55,314 nt of DNA, from positions 169,375,742-169,431,055 of the forward strand of contig NC_068981.1 of assembly GCF_001194135.2 (NCBI RefSeq), read 5' to 3'. Source of the stretch: Octopus bimaculoides (lineage: Eukaryota). This document shows positions 1 to 13,588 of this stretch, piece after piece; position 1 is the first letter of the stretch; every line of letters begins with the position of its first letter. The translations under genes and the position numbers were made by a program. The notes under the pieces are model-generated. The model was given only the letters and a program-made list of their open reading frames with translations, searched no databases and was not told the DNA's origin.

Positions 1-1758
1 ATATATATATATATATACATTGATATATAGATATAGATATAATTTTATATTATGTGACAATTATTCGGTTAGCCATGATAAAATTCCGAGTTTCGGAAGT
101 CGGGGCGGAAACCCACGCCGGCATTTCTTCAGTTATCGGGTATCGAAAAAATGTTATGAAAATGATCGCTAAGGTCTTCTTCATCAGGGCTGACCTGAAG
201 CAAAATATATCGGCACCAACAGAAGCAGAAGCAGCAAAAGAGTGTCCCAATAAATCAGGAGTAGTGATAGAAGTTAACCAAACATAAAGGAAGAGAAAAC
301 ACACAAACACACACATATATATATATATAATAGGTCATTTATTAACATGAATCGCTCTTCGTGTGTCTATTTTAAATTTCATCATTCGATCACTTGTTCT
401 ATTTCAAATAGTTGGATATTGCTGGAGAATATTGTATAGTAAATCAGAGAATGATATACAAAAGTCTATTACTGCATGTAGATATCAACCCTCTTCCCTT
501 CTCTTTACTGTATACCCCCCGCTATTTTCATGTTATTTTCGATTTCCCTTTTTTTGTTTCTTTGCTTCTTTTTATTTTAATGTTCTATGGAAATTGGTTG
601 AAATAGAAACAGATATTTATCATAGACCTAGCCTAGTGTATAATGTAAACTTTACAGACCTAATGGAACGTAGGCCTAGAATGAAATTGTCACATTATAT
701 TGTAGCACACACATACACGCATATATATATATATATATACTCACACATATACACGTGCAGACACACATTTGATAGATACGCATATACATCAGCAGAGGTT
801 CTTGCAGACGTAATATGGAGCCGAATCTTCCTTTGTAGTTCGAGAAATGATTTACTCCATTTGATAAGGAATATAAAATATAGTGACAGCAAAAGAACAA
901 ACTCAAACGCATGCACCCGCCCACATACACAAGCACTCATATACATATCGTACATATGCATGCATGCATACATATATACACATACACATACATGTATATG
1001 CACATATAAAAACATATACACCCACGCATACTGTAAATTACCATATAAACACGTACATGTGCGTATGCATATATATGTAAGTTTATGCGTTTGCGTGCGT
1101 ATGTATGTATGTACGTATGTATGTATGTGTGTGTATAATATGTTTGTGAATCTATATTTCTTTGATAAAAGCTTACAGAAAGACGCTGACAGAAAATACG
1201 ATTATTTTCTATGAAGTATTATGATATTGCAAAAACAATATAAAACGATATACTTTGAAATAGCTGCTGAGATAGAAGCAAGAAATACAGTGATCTCATG
1301 GAATATATCCGAAATATCTGGAAATTGGAATTAGTGAAATATTCCAATTAAAAACGTAAATCAATAGCCAACCTAAACTAAATTATATATAACTTTAAAG
1401 GATTAAAATCAAATCAACACAAAATATGTACTTTTAATAAAACAGATACTAAGTCACTTGTTTACCGTTATAGAAACACAGAAGTTCTCAGATAGTTAGA
1501 TGAGGATTCAATTTCGTTTCCAGCCTACAACAATTTCACGTTTTTGCTGTAATAAGTTTTCAGAAAACTATGAACATAGCACATGCGCTAAGCAAATCGC
1601 ACATGATTCTTATGTTATCACTGGCATTGAGCTGTTCTTTTGCCAAAGACATATCATGTTCAACAGCTCAGTTAAGCTAATTGCAAACAACTAAGTCTGA
1701 GCGGTACTGTTCAGCACAGCATATATTAGCAATATTATATAACTAATATGTTTAAGTT

Positions 1759-2075
1759 GAAGGTGCATGACTCAGTGATTAGAACGTCGGGTTCACAATC
1801 ATGAGGTAGTGACTTCGATTTCCGAACCGGGCTGTGTGTTGTGTTGTTGAGCAAGATACTTTATTTCACATTGGTCCAGTACACTTAGCTGGCGAAATGA
1901 CTTGCGACGTTACTGTTATCAGGCTATATCGGCCTTTCCCTTGGATAAACATTAGGAGTAGGGAGGCGCGTATGCATGGGCGACTGCTAGTCTTTCAGAA
2001 AAAAAAAAACTTGCACCCACATCAATTCTCCCCTCTCCCCACAACTTCAAAAGAAATCCAGTCATAAAACTGTCC
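1759..2075 (+). mobile_element. tRNA-derived SINE (degenerate)
   Basis: Pol III-like head: A-box-like TGACTCAGTGATTAG and B-box-like GACTTCGATTTCC, followed by TTGAGCAAGATACTTTATTTCAC. Related heads occur at 6752 (+), 24375-24504 (-) and 36837 (-). Confidence 0.7.
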
Positions 2076-2520
2076 ATAGTTCTTCATTCGACGCCCACTT
2101 CAAAAGATTGCCGCCTCAAAAGCTTCGTACATGCCGTGCCAGCCAACGTAAGTCAATGACACACAGCTTCACTCACTCACTCACTCTATCTCCCTTTCTT
2201 ACCCTCTTTCTCTCTCACATACACACCCACACACCCACACCTACACGCACGTCCATTTCATATATCTTTCAATTTCTCCTCTCTGCAAATAAACTTTTTA
2301 CGGATAAAACTGCTTACAAAAATTGCGATTAATGTATAATTAAATAAATCTTTTAATGATTAGACAGACGTCCAATAGAATAGCTCTCACAAACAGACTA
2401 CGTACAAATTCTTTCTTCACAACTCCTGAAGCCATTTTCTGACAGGAGTGGGTGAAATCTTCATACAGCTGGAGGCTCCAATCGAAACGGGACACGATAT
2501 GATCAGGTTGAGAAACGCTG
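2075..2520. mobile_element. Possible hAT/Charlie-like non-autonomous DNA element (only the right terminus is convincing)
   Basis: 2504-2520 reads CAGCGTTTCTCAACCTG on the minus strand, resembling Charlie-type CAGTG(G/T)TTCTCAACC termini, and is flanked by TTATAGAT. The left terminus at 2075 is only a weak match and no matching TSD is visible. Confidence 0.3.
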
Positions 2521-3389
2521 TTATAGATTATGCCTAACCGAAAACAATCACAGCCACATCATCCAAACAGACCGGGTGAAACCGGGTTTAGCTGNNNNNN
2601 NNNNNNNNNNNNNNNNNNNNNNNNNNNNNNNNNNNNNNNNNNNNNNNNNNNNNNNNNNNNNNNNNNNNNNNNNNNNNNNNNNNNNNNNNNNNNNNNNNNN
2701 NNNNNNNNNNNNNNNNNNNNNNNNNNNNNNNNNNNNNNNNNNNNNNNNNNNNNNNNNNNNNNNNNNNNNNNNNNNNNNNNNNNNNNNNNNNNNNNNNNNN
2801 NNNNNNNNNNNNNNNNNNNNNNNNNNNNNNNNNNNNNNNNNNNNNNNNNNNNNNNNNNNNNNNNNNNNNNNNNNNNNNNNNNNNNNNNNNNNNNNNNNNN
2901 NNNNNNNNNNNNNNNNNNNNNNNNNNNNNNNNNNNNNNNNNNNNNNNNNNNNNNNNNNNNNNNNNNNNNNNNNNNNNNNNNNNNNNNNNNNNNNNNNNNN
3001 NNNNNNNNNNNNNNNNNNNNNNNNNNNNNNNNNNNNNNNNNNNNNNNNNNNNNNNNNNNNNNNNNNNNNNNNNNNNNNNNNNNNNNNNNNNNNNNNNNNN
3101 NNNNNNNNNNNNNNNNNNNNNNNNNNNNNNNNNNNNNNNNNNNNNNNNNNNNNNNNNNNNNNNNNNNNNNNNNNNNNNNNNNNNNNNNNNNNNNNNNNNN
3201 NNNNATATATATATATATAGGCGTGTATGTGTGTCTGTGTATATCAAATTGCGATAACACTGAATAAATTGCAATAACACTGAATTAAACTATACAAATG
3301 TTTCCTTTCCTGAAGTATGTATACATATTTTGGGAGGATTCTATATATAGCTATTAAGAATTATTTATCATCTCATGTACATACATACA

Positions 3390-3432
<43 letters not shown>

Positions 3433-6042
3433 GTGTGTATGTGTGCACTTGAGATAATATATAATTCCAAGTTACTATGTTTAATGCACTTGCGTAATAT
3501 ATATTCACAATCAATTTCTAGTTTTTTTGGGGGGTTTGGAAATCGTTAGTATCACTCTCCAAATAGATACTGATATTTTGAGATAAGGCTTCTTTAATAT
3601 ATCTCAGTGTACGTTTAAACATTCTAAAATACAACTAATTTAAAATGGTATTAAAACTTGAATGACATTAACATATAGACAGAGATAGATGCTTATGTGT
3701 CTGAAATGTCAAATGTTATCTGTATTTAACCAACACCTCTTTAAAGCGTTTAGCGTTCAGATAAACAATATTATGTTGTCAGAACAAATAGACCGACAGC
3801 TATTCTACAGGGCATAATACAACATTTGATTTTTAGACACGAAACGAACACTATTTCACATGCAGTTGGTGCAGATATAAACATACGTAATTCAAACTTA
3901 CTGGCAGAGACATGCTGTAAATTAATTCTACGCTGATGCATATTCCTGTATAAGAGCATGTCATAGTTAAAGATTTCTCTTTGCGGACATAATTAGCTTA
4001 GTATGCCAGACAGAGTGCCAACAAAGGCTGCCATTTTTGTTTCGAATATCATGTTGAAAATACGGTGTAATATAATCTTCTTGTCAATGTTCAACAACCA
4101 TTAGTCTATCAATCTTATCAGTAGGGGGTGTAAGGTGTCAATCGGTAAATCAAAGTGGTTATTCTCTTAAGATTTTCTCAAACTTAAAGAATAGTACCTC
4201 AATGTAAATTTAGAATGGCTTTTAGTGGCCAGCTTTTCTCTTTTAATTATATCCTATGTCCAATATAATCACACAAATACATCCTTAAAACATGCCAAAA
4301 TTTCTCTCCATAAATCCTGTTACGATATTTCCTTTATTTGTGCTGATTGATTACATTCTAATGGCACTCTTCAAATTTAACATATATGTATTTCGTTTTA
4401 TTTAATGTATCGTAAAATTATTCAATCGATATTCATGTTTGAATATGAACGGTTTTTCAGTATAACAAAATAAGAAGCCAACAGGAAGAACAAAAATATA
4501 AAAAAGAAATAACGGCAAACTTACTATTTCTTTTCTTCAATATTGTCGAGGATGGATCAAACAAATACAGTAATGTGTTCTTTGGAAATTTCTCAGATGC
4601 ATATAATAAATAGGTTTCCATCATTAATATATGGTTTTTGACGGATTGAAAAATGATATTATATACTGTGACGAATAACTGCACTTAGGTTCTTTTAGAT
4701 TCTATTGATTTCTACAGATGTTGACATATATGTACCTTGTTGATGTTTGCTTGACAGACTTTGTTTCTCTGTTGACCGAACGCAACGATTGTTTGTGATT
4801 TGAAATCTAGATAAAAGATTGACTAAATCGTAGTGATATATGCTTAAAGTAAATCTGATTTATTGTCGAAATTTGTTCGGTTCAATGTTGTCGACATCGA
4901 TCATTATCAAGTCGAATAAATAAGCTTAGCTACCGTTGACGTCTATTCCATTTCATAAGGAATCACTATGTTTATACGTCATCGAAAAAGCTAGCCGAAC
5001 GTTCTGACGTAAAAAAAAAAACATGTATATAATCTTATAAATATCCTTCTAAGAATATTTTTCTCCGTTTAGTATATATATACACATATGTATATGTATA
5101 TCAGTTTAAGAGAATTGGTGATTAACACTATTTTGATCACCTCCTGAAGTCTTAAATAAATCTAAATATAGATGTCTGACCTTCTGAAGAAGCTTTTCGC
5201 CAAGCTTCTAATGAAACTCAAACATTCTCGCCTATAATATTATCAATACTCAGTGCTATTTGTCTGAATATTGTATTTACACAAACAAATAACAAAGGTG
5301 TTATTTACTTAATTACCAAGACCTATAACCGTTATGCCCCTTACTTCGTAGATTACGATTGAATTAGTTTTGCTTTCCTTTATTGCTTCTGTTATTTTAC
5401 ACCAACCTACCTAATTACTGCATCATTTTGACACTATCTTTAACTAGATCTACTAATAAAATAGCAATCAACAATATCTTCTGAATTTCTCGATATTAAA
5501 AACGAATTAAAAACGATCTACCTAATAGCTATTTAATGTAGCTGCTATATTTTATACTCTGCCTGTTTTTAATGTGTGTACATTTCGTATAGAAGTTGTA
5601 TTAATTGTTTCCATCTAATAAAAAACCTCTTCTTAATTGTCTAATTATATCCCGTAGGAGGATCACTGAAGGTTACAGGATCAAACACTCGCTATTTGTA
5701 ATACGATATAAATTATCAACAATCGGTTTCCTCAAAAGAGTTTATGGTGGAATAAAGAAACTAAAGATGAAAACAAATCTCACAAATACGTGTGGATAAC
5801 AAAACGCGATATGAAGGTATTGGTGATGAGAATTGTGCAATAAGGGGATAACAATGAATGTTACAATGAAGTGGAGGGAGAAGATCAAAGTTGAAGGAGA
5901 TTTTTCTGAGAATCTATAATATTAATCTGCTAAAGTACCAACGTATGTTACACTGTGAAGTGATTATTTGAAAGGAAAAGCAAAGAGAGTGATGTATAGA
6001 GATAGCCAGACACACACACACACACTCGCACAAACACACACA

Positions 6043-6053
6043 TAGATAGATAA

Positions 6054-6106
<53 letters not shown>
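6043..6106. repeat. (GATA)n microsatellite preceded by a (CA)n run
   Basis: Direct reading. Confidence 0.95.
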
Positions 6107-6751
6107 AACGAATGTTTAGAGTTGAGACCTTGGTAGTAATGAGGAGAGAAAAGAACGTTATTTACAAACATTAAATGAGATAGACACACGCATATACATA
6201 TGGTTTACTCAGAACTGTAGTGGCTTTTAAAGCGGTGGTGATCTCATTTGTAGGGATATTGGTTAGTGGAGGTGGAGCGAAGATTGTACTTTGATTATAG
6301 AGCTATTTTTTCTGTTTAAATCTCAATAACCATTTAACATTCACATTAATCTGTTAAATGTAATGTTTATTTATTTAAATTGTTTTGCATCAGTCATGCA
6401 TTAAATCGTAACTTCGATATTTTGATGATGTGTTCATTTATTTTTAGAACAACATTATTGGCTTGATCAGGCCAGTTTGAACTGATGGTTGGTTTAAATG
6501 TGAAATAGTTAATGCATAACCTTTAGTGCAATTACTTGTCATCAGCTTTCATATTTATTTATGATACTATTTTGCTTTTCCTTTAAGTTGATGTCATTAC
6601 ATTTACATTATTTGTAAGACAACGGACAACTAAGTAAATATTTTCAAATAAGTTTGGCAGTAATATTCTCTTATTCATTTATCTCTGATTTATGCCCATG
6701 CTGGGACACATCCTTCAAGGGTTTAATCAGGTATATGTAATCCAGCAATTG

Positions 6752-7062
6752 TGAAGCGCGTGGCTTAGTAGTTAAGGCTATTCGGCTCACGATCATAAGA
6801 TCACGAGTTCGATTAATGGCAGCGCATTGTCTCCTTGAGTAAGTCACTTTATTTCACGTTGCTCAGGTCCACACAACCGACAAAAATGAGTAGCATCTGT
6901 ATTTCAAAGGGCCATCCTTGTCATATCCTGTGTTATGCTGAATCTCCCCGAGAACTAGGTTAAGGACGTGCTCAGCCACTCACATGTTAATTTCACAAAC
7001 AGGCTGTTATGCTAATACTATCAACTGGAACCCTCCTTGTCGTCGTTACCGACGGAGTGCCA
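6752..7062 (+). mobile_element. tRNA-derived SINE, near full length
   Basis: Head GCGCGTGGCTTAGTAGTTAAGG...GAGTTCGATT. The 3' half (TTCAAAGGGCCA..., GTTAATTTCAC..CAGGCTGTT, TCAACTGGAACCCTC..GACGGAGTGCCA) aligns with the minus-strand copy at 36449-36837. Confidence 0.8.
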
Positions 7063-8369
7063 GTATCTCCAGAACTTATCCTTAAGTTTGGTACCCATTT
7101 TATGAAATACCCTTGTCAAAATAATATGCTACGCTACATCAATAATATACTGCATTTGAGCAGCGTACATGGAAACACACACACACTCGCATATATACAT
7201 ACACACTTGGGGATCCTTAGTATTTCTGTGTACTAAATTTTATTCAAGAGGTTAAAAAATTTGACCTTGAACTAGAAGATATTTCCCACAAATGCTTCGC
7301 AATGGAGACACATGTAAAACTTGCTCCTAAATTGCTAACATATTTTTCTCTCATTTCTTTTTTTCAGAATCAGTGGGTGTAGTACAATTGTAAAACAATG
7401 TATCAACATTTATTATAGCATTATCAGCACGATCGTAGAGTAGCATAATAATATTATAGATAAATTTAATCTTCATCCTCCCATACGGGAGATTGCTTAC
7501 TTCTTGATATAAAGTATAAAATAATTGATAAAAATGTCTATGTTAGAAGTAAGAAGAGCATAATAAAGGATATAACGTTCAGATCTGGTATCTCTTAAAG
7601 TTGTACCTTCTTAGGGATCCAACGTGTCAGAAAAGTAAAGAAATTTTGTATTTTTAGGTTCTCTATAAAATTACAGCTATCTACGGTGTTTATAATTACA
7701 GGGAAATGTTCAAGAGCACTGCTACCTTCGTATGAGGCCTAGTACAAAACATTATTATGTACGGGAAATAGGATTGCATAACATTGAATTTTTTAAGGGA
7801 CTAATTTACTGAAGACATTAATTTACATAAATTGGAGGTAAAATATTAAAAGGATAGAAAAACGGAGGCTCTAGAAAAGAAGATAAGACAGAACAGTATT
7901 TAGTCAAATAATATGAGTGACAAGAGTAACATATTCGTAAAATATCTCAGGCATACATGAGAAAGAATAAAATTGAAAAACATACCCCCACATTCTACTA
8001 TGGTTCAGTAGGGTTTACAAACCAAATATATCAATACAGAATTGGTTTTCCTGACAAACCATTGCGAAAAGCCTCAATAGATGAGATCACCAGAAATAGA
8101 ACTACGTTTGAAAAAAGAAAACATGTTTTTTGTTTTTTATCTCAATGTTACAGGGATAAAATATACACGCATTCTATACTGTAATAATTAGTCAATAATG
8201 TGAGGATAAATCAAAACAACCAAAGAAACCAAATGCAGGCATACAAATGTTATATCTATGTTTGAACGCGCGCAAGCGCGCCACACGAATGTGTATATTA
8301 TTTCTTTATCTATCTATCTATCTATCTATAAATATATCAACCTATCTATAAATCTCTCTTTGTCTCTCT

Positions 8370-8421
<52 letters not shown>

Positions 8422-9319
8422 NNNNNNNNNNNNNNNNNNNNNNNNNNNNNNNNNNNNNNNNNNNNNNNNNNNNNNNNNNNNNNNNNNNNNNNNNNNNNNN
8501 NNNNNNNNNNNNNNNNNNNNNNNNNNNNNNNNNNNNNNNNNNNNNNNNNNNNNNNNNNNNNNNNNNNNNNNNNNNNNNNNNNNNNNNNNNNNNNNNNNNN
8601 NNNNNNNNNNNNNNNNNNNNNNNNNNNNNNNNNNNNNNNNNNNNNNNNNNNNNNNNNNNNNNNNNNNNNNNNNNNNNNNNNNNNNNNNNNNNNNNNNNNN
8701 NNNNNNNNNNNAGACATGCACAGACACACACACGCACACGCACATGTATGTATATATATATATATACATGTGCGTGTGCGTGTGCGTTTGTGTGTGTGTC
8801 TCACATAATGGCTGCATACTGCCTATTATATCATGAATACTTAGCATCCTTATAAGAAAACAACTTCTTCAATGAAATATATAATATACACAATATCATA
8901 ATACCTTTGTATCTTTAAGATAGTTGTGTATGTCTGGTACTTGGAAATGGATGTAACTGTACCTGATTATCTGTGTATGAGATTCTCTTGAAGCCTGTGT
9001 AGAAAACCAGCTTCGTCTATATGCTGACTATCTCGTTAATTGAGTACAAGAAAGAGTAAAATAAAGAGATTCTGAAATGTAAATATGTTTTCGAAACATT
9101 AAACTTAAAAAAATAAAATAAATATAATAAAAAGATTCAAATAATGTATCCCTTTGAGAGTCAATAATCAATACAGCAAATGCAAATTAATTACAACCTG
9201 AATTGGCGAATGCCAATTGTATGTAAATACTTAGATATATGTTGATGTGTGTATGTATAACAGACTACACAAACACAAGAATATACATACACATATTTAA
9301 AGACTATTCTACACACACA

Positions 9320-9358
<39 letters not shown>

Positions 9359-10311
9359 NNNNNNNNNNATATATATATATGTGTGTGTGTGTGTGTCTCT
9401 TTGTATATATATGTGCGCGTATGTATCTTTGCATATAGATATACTAACATATATTTGTGCACATGTTATGTATAAGCACACTTACTCACACTCAGAGAGA
9501 GATATTAATGTATATGTATATATGTTAAGAGAATGATACTGGGAAAAGGAGAAAAAGTAGGAAGAAAGAATCGGAGTGAGTTTCAAATGAAGAGCAGATA
9601 GATTTTCTCATAGAAATACATCAAAGATTTCTAGAATGTGAACTATATTCAATCATCTTATAACAAAATCTGTGTATAAACTATAGAGACGCAAACACAC
9701 ATAGTAAGACATGTACATATGCCTACGTTTATATAAATCCATACTTACAAAATAAACTCAAGAACAGTGGCAAAAAATATACAAAATCGTATAAACTCGC
9801 ATACAAAACATATTCGCAATGAAACTCGTTTATAAGATACGCACATACAAATACACGAACACACGCTCCAACAAATGTACTAGACCAGCCAAACCATACG
9901 CGCATACACGCGTACACACAAGCGCACACACACTTACATACGCACATATATAATTACACATGCACATATACAAGAAAATATATCTAAATGCATACATGTG
10001 TGGTAATAAATATATATCAATATATGCATGTCTATATAATTGACATACATATATAACATGTGTAGAGTTCTACAAATATATGTGCATGTGCCTGTATATG
10101 TGAGTGTGTGTGCGCGCGTGTACATATATGCATCTATGTATATAAGGCTTACATATGTGCATCTATGTATTTACCAATATACATGCATATATCTATATAT
10201 ATCATTACATACATACACATAAATATATATCTATATATATATATATATACATATATCTATATATGTATATACATACATATATATATCTGTGTATATATAC
10301 ATATATATATG

Positions 10312-10362
<51 letters not shown>

Positions 10363-11139
10363 ATATACATATATATATACATATATNNNNNNNNNNNNNN
10401 NNNNNNNNNNNNNNNNNNNNNNNNNNNNNNNNNNNNNNNNNNNNNNNNNNNNNNNNNNNNNNNNNNNNNNNNNNNNNNNNNNNNNNNNNNNNNNNNNNNN
10501 NNNNNNNNNNNNNNNNNNNNNNNNNNNNNNNNNNNNNNNNNNNNNNNNNNNNNNNNNNNNNNNNNNNNNNNNNNNNNNNNNNNNNNNNNNNNNNNNNNNN
10601 NNNNNNNNNNNNNNNNNNNNNNNNNNNNNNNNNNNNNNNNNNNNNNNNNNNNNNNNNNNNNNNNNNNNNNNNNNNNNNNNNNNNNNNNNNNNNNNNNNNN
10701 NNNNNNNNNNNNNNNNNNNNNNNNNNNNNNNNNNNNNNNNNNNNNNNNNNNNNNNNNNNNNNNNNNNNNNNNNNNNNNNNNNNNNNNNNNNNNNNNNNNN
10801 NNNNNNNNNNNNNNNNNNNNNNNNNNNNNNNNNNNNNNNNNNNNNNNNNNNNNNNNNNNNNNNNNNNNNNNNNNNNNNNNNNNNNNNNNNNNNNNNNNNN
10901 NNNNNNNNNNNNNNNNNNNNNNNNNNNNNNNNNNNNNNNNNNNNNNNNNNNNNNNNNNNNNNNNNNNNNNNNNNNNNNNNNNNNNNNNNNNNNNNNNNNN
11001 NNNNNNNNNNNNNNNNNNNNNNNNNNNNNCACGCATACACTTACACTCTCACATACAACCGCACGCGCACTTTCGTTTTGCGATCCCCAATACTTTATCA
11101 TCCCCCCTTCTTCGTAGCTCTCCTATATATATACACATA

Positions 11140-11260
11140 ACAGCAAGCAAGTGTATTAGTTTGACGCTCGGGAAAAATAAAAAAATTCTTTAACGTTTCG
11201 AGCCTACGCTCTTGAACAGAAAGGAAAAATAGTAAATAAACAGAGAATGTATGGAAAAAA
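11140..11260 (-). mobile_element. Short repeat with a degenerate minimal hammerhead-like motif (family B; Penelope pLTR-like)
   Basis: Minus strand 11223-11188 reads CTTT-CTGTTCA-A-GAGC-GTAG-GCTC-GAAA-CG-T-T-AAAG. Stems I and II pair perfectly; the core differs from CUGANGA at two positions. Confidence 0.45.
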
Positions 11261-11902
11261 AAAAAAAACCAGAACTAGTATATATGTAGCCAGTAGTATT
11301 GTGGTTTTTTTTTTTAGATATCTTTATCACCGTGTTGCGGTGTGGGATGGCTATCTTATATTTTGTTTAGTGATATATCATTTTTATTCTATAGGTTTTC
11401 TACCGCATGTTCCATATCACTTCCCGATATTTCCCTTTCCGGCACAAGAATGCAGCAGCTGTCACATATCGATAGATGCTAGTCGTCTGCTTCCGTTATA
11501 ATCACCACCATTAAATAAGCGAATTCTACGATTTCGTTCGATATGTGAAGCACAGCAACCGGATATCTTTCAAATCACAAACCATCGGTTAAAAAAAGAT
11601 CTGTCTGCCTACCTACCTACCAACCTATACATATACACACACACTACATATACTGTGAAAAAAGCGTAGAAGTCAGTCGCAAGAAGGTATGACCTATTAA
11701 GGTGGTAGTGTACTTTTGCTAATTGTTATATGTTCGTATGTAACCCCGAGCAAACATATTTACATTCTCGACTCTCTCATCCTGAAACCAGCGGAGCGTT
11801 GTCGATGTGATACCTGAAGATAGAGAAAACTTCAGTAGAGGTCAGTTGGTGCTCCCTGACATCAGAGCAAATCGGAACAACGTGAAATGTTATCATAATT
11901 CA

Positions 11903-12103
11903 ATATTTAAGAGACGAAGAATTATGTACAATATTTACATTATTTACATTTGAAGGATATTTGTCCTCATCTTGTTTGTTGTTAACACAACGTTTCGGCT
12001 GATAAACCTGACGAAGGCTGGAGGGCATATCAACCGAAACGTTGTATGAACAACAAAAAAATGAGGACAAATATCCGTCAAATGTAAATAATGTAAATAT
12101 TGA
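11903..12103. mobile_element. Head-to-head inverted pair of a hammerhead-bearing short repeat (family A; Penelope pLTR-like)
   Basis: 11903-12007 is the reverse complement of the family's 3' part, and 12008-12103 is the forward copy starting at CTGACGA. About 75 bp of the arms are complementary. Both arms align with 39813-39929. Confidence 0.75.
12008..12048 (+). ncRNA. Minimal type I hammerhead ribozyme motif (core intact, 5' strand of stem I lost)
   Basis: CTGACGA (12008-14), A, GGCTG (12016-20), loop, CAACC (12031-35, one mismatch), GAAA (12036-39), CG, T, T. The predicted cleavage site is after 12043. Confidence 0.5.
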
Positions 12104-12493
12104 ACGTGGAATGTTGTACATCGCTCAGTGAAATAACTTAACATCGGGTTCAAGAATTGATTCACAAAACGTACGATCGTACGACCAACTCTTTAACCGC
12201 TAAGACATCAACATAGATGTAATTAAATAATTCCAATATCTTGGCTTGCTATTTCGCTTACGTTAGTGTCTACTTTACTATTAGTTTTCCACAATGCAGG
12301 CGCATTCAGTTAATTTCCGTTTAGCTATTAATGCGTAATCTTTTCTGGAACTATACGTGGAATATATAGAGTAGACATACATAGACTAATGCTATAACTC
12401 GTTCTCGATACCCTATCATTTGTCATCATTTGTACATTGACATATAATTTTGCAGTATACGCATTACCAAGGGAAATCACACAAGCACATATA

Positions 12494-12536
<43 letters not shown>

Positions 12537-12981
12537 NNNNNNNNNNNNNNNNNNNNNNNNNNNNNNNNNNNNNNNNNNNNNNNNNNNNNNNNNNNNNNNN
12601 NNNNNNNNNNNNNNNNNNNNNNNNNNNNNNNNNNNNNNNNNNNNNNNNNNNNNNNNNNNNNNNNNNNNNNNNNNNNNNNNNNNNNNNNNNNNNNNNNNNN
12701 NNNNNNNNNNNNNNNNNNNNNNNNNNNNNNNNNNNNNNNNNNNNNNNNNNNNNNNNNNNNNNNNNNNNNNNNNNNNNNNNNNNNNNNNNNNNNNNNNNNN
12801 NNNNNNNNNNNNNNNNNNNNNNNNNNNNNNNNNNNNNNNNNNNNNNNNNNNNNNNNNNNNNNNNNNNNNNNNNNNNNNNNNNNNNNNNNNNNNNNNTCAC
12901 ATACCTCGCAGTTTACTTTTTAAAGCTCGTCTACAGGAATAAATTGTACAATTATGATTCGGCAACGATCTGATCATAAAA

Positions 12982-13588
12982 TGGCGACGAAACGATGGTA
13001 GTATTTGATAATGTGTATTGCTCAATCTATTCTCTGTTGCTAATGCGCACACGCACGCGCACACGCACGCGCACACGCACGCGCACACGCACACGCACAC
13101 GCACGCGCACACGCACGCGCACACACACACACGAACACACGTATGCATATATGTTATATGTATGTATATTTTATATAAATGCATATTTTATATGTATAGG
13201 CACAGGAGTGGCTGTGCGGTAAGTAGCTTACTTACCAATCACATGGTTCCGGGTTCATTCCCACTGCGTGGTGACAAAACGGTTGTAGTATGCAATAATG
13301 TGTATTACTCAATCTCTTCTCTGTTGCTAATGCACACACGCATACGCGTGCGCGCACACACGCGCACAGTACACACACACACACAAACACACACACGCAC
13401 ACACACACACACACACACACACGCACGTATGCATATATTTTATATGTATGCATATTTTGTACATATGCATTTTTTATATATATATAGGCGCCGGAGTGGC
13501 TGTGTGGTAAGTATAGGCGCAGGAGTGGCTCTGTGGTAAGTAGCTTGCTTTCCAAGCACATGGTTCCGGGTTCATTCCCACTGCGTGG
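12982..13588 (+). repeat. Local tandem duplication (~287-bp period) of unique flank + (CACG/CA)n + SINE head
   Basis: 12982 TGGCGACGAAACG..ATAATGTGTATTGCTCAATCTATTCTCTGTTGCTAATGC matches 13269 TGGTGACAAAACG..ATAATGTGTATTACTCAATCTCTTCTCTGTTGCTAATGC. Both units end in the SINE head ...CCCACTGCGTGG. Confidence 0.85.
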
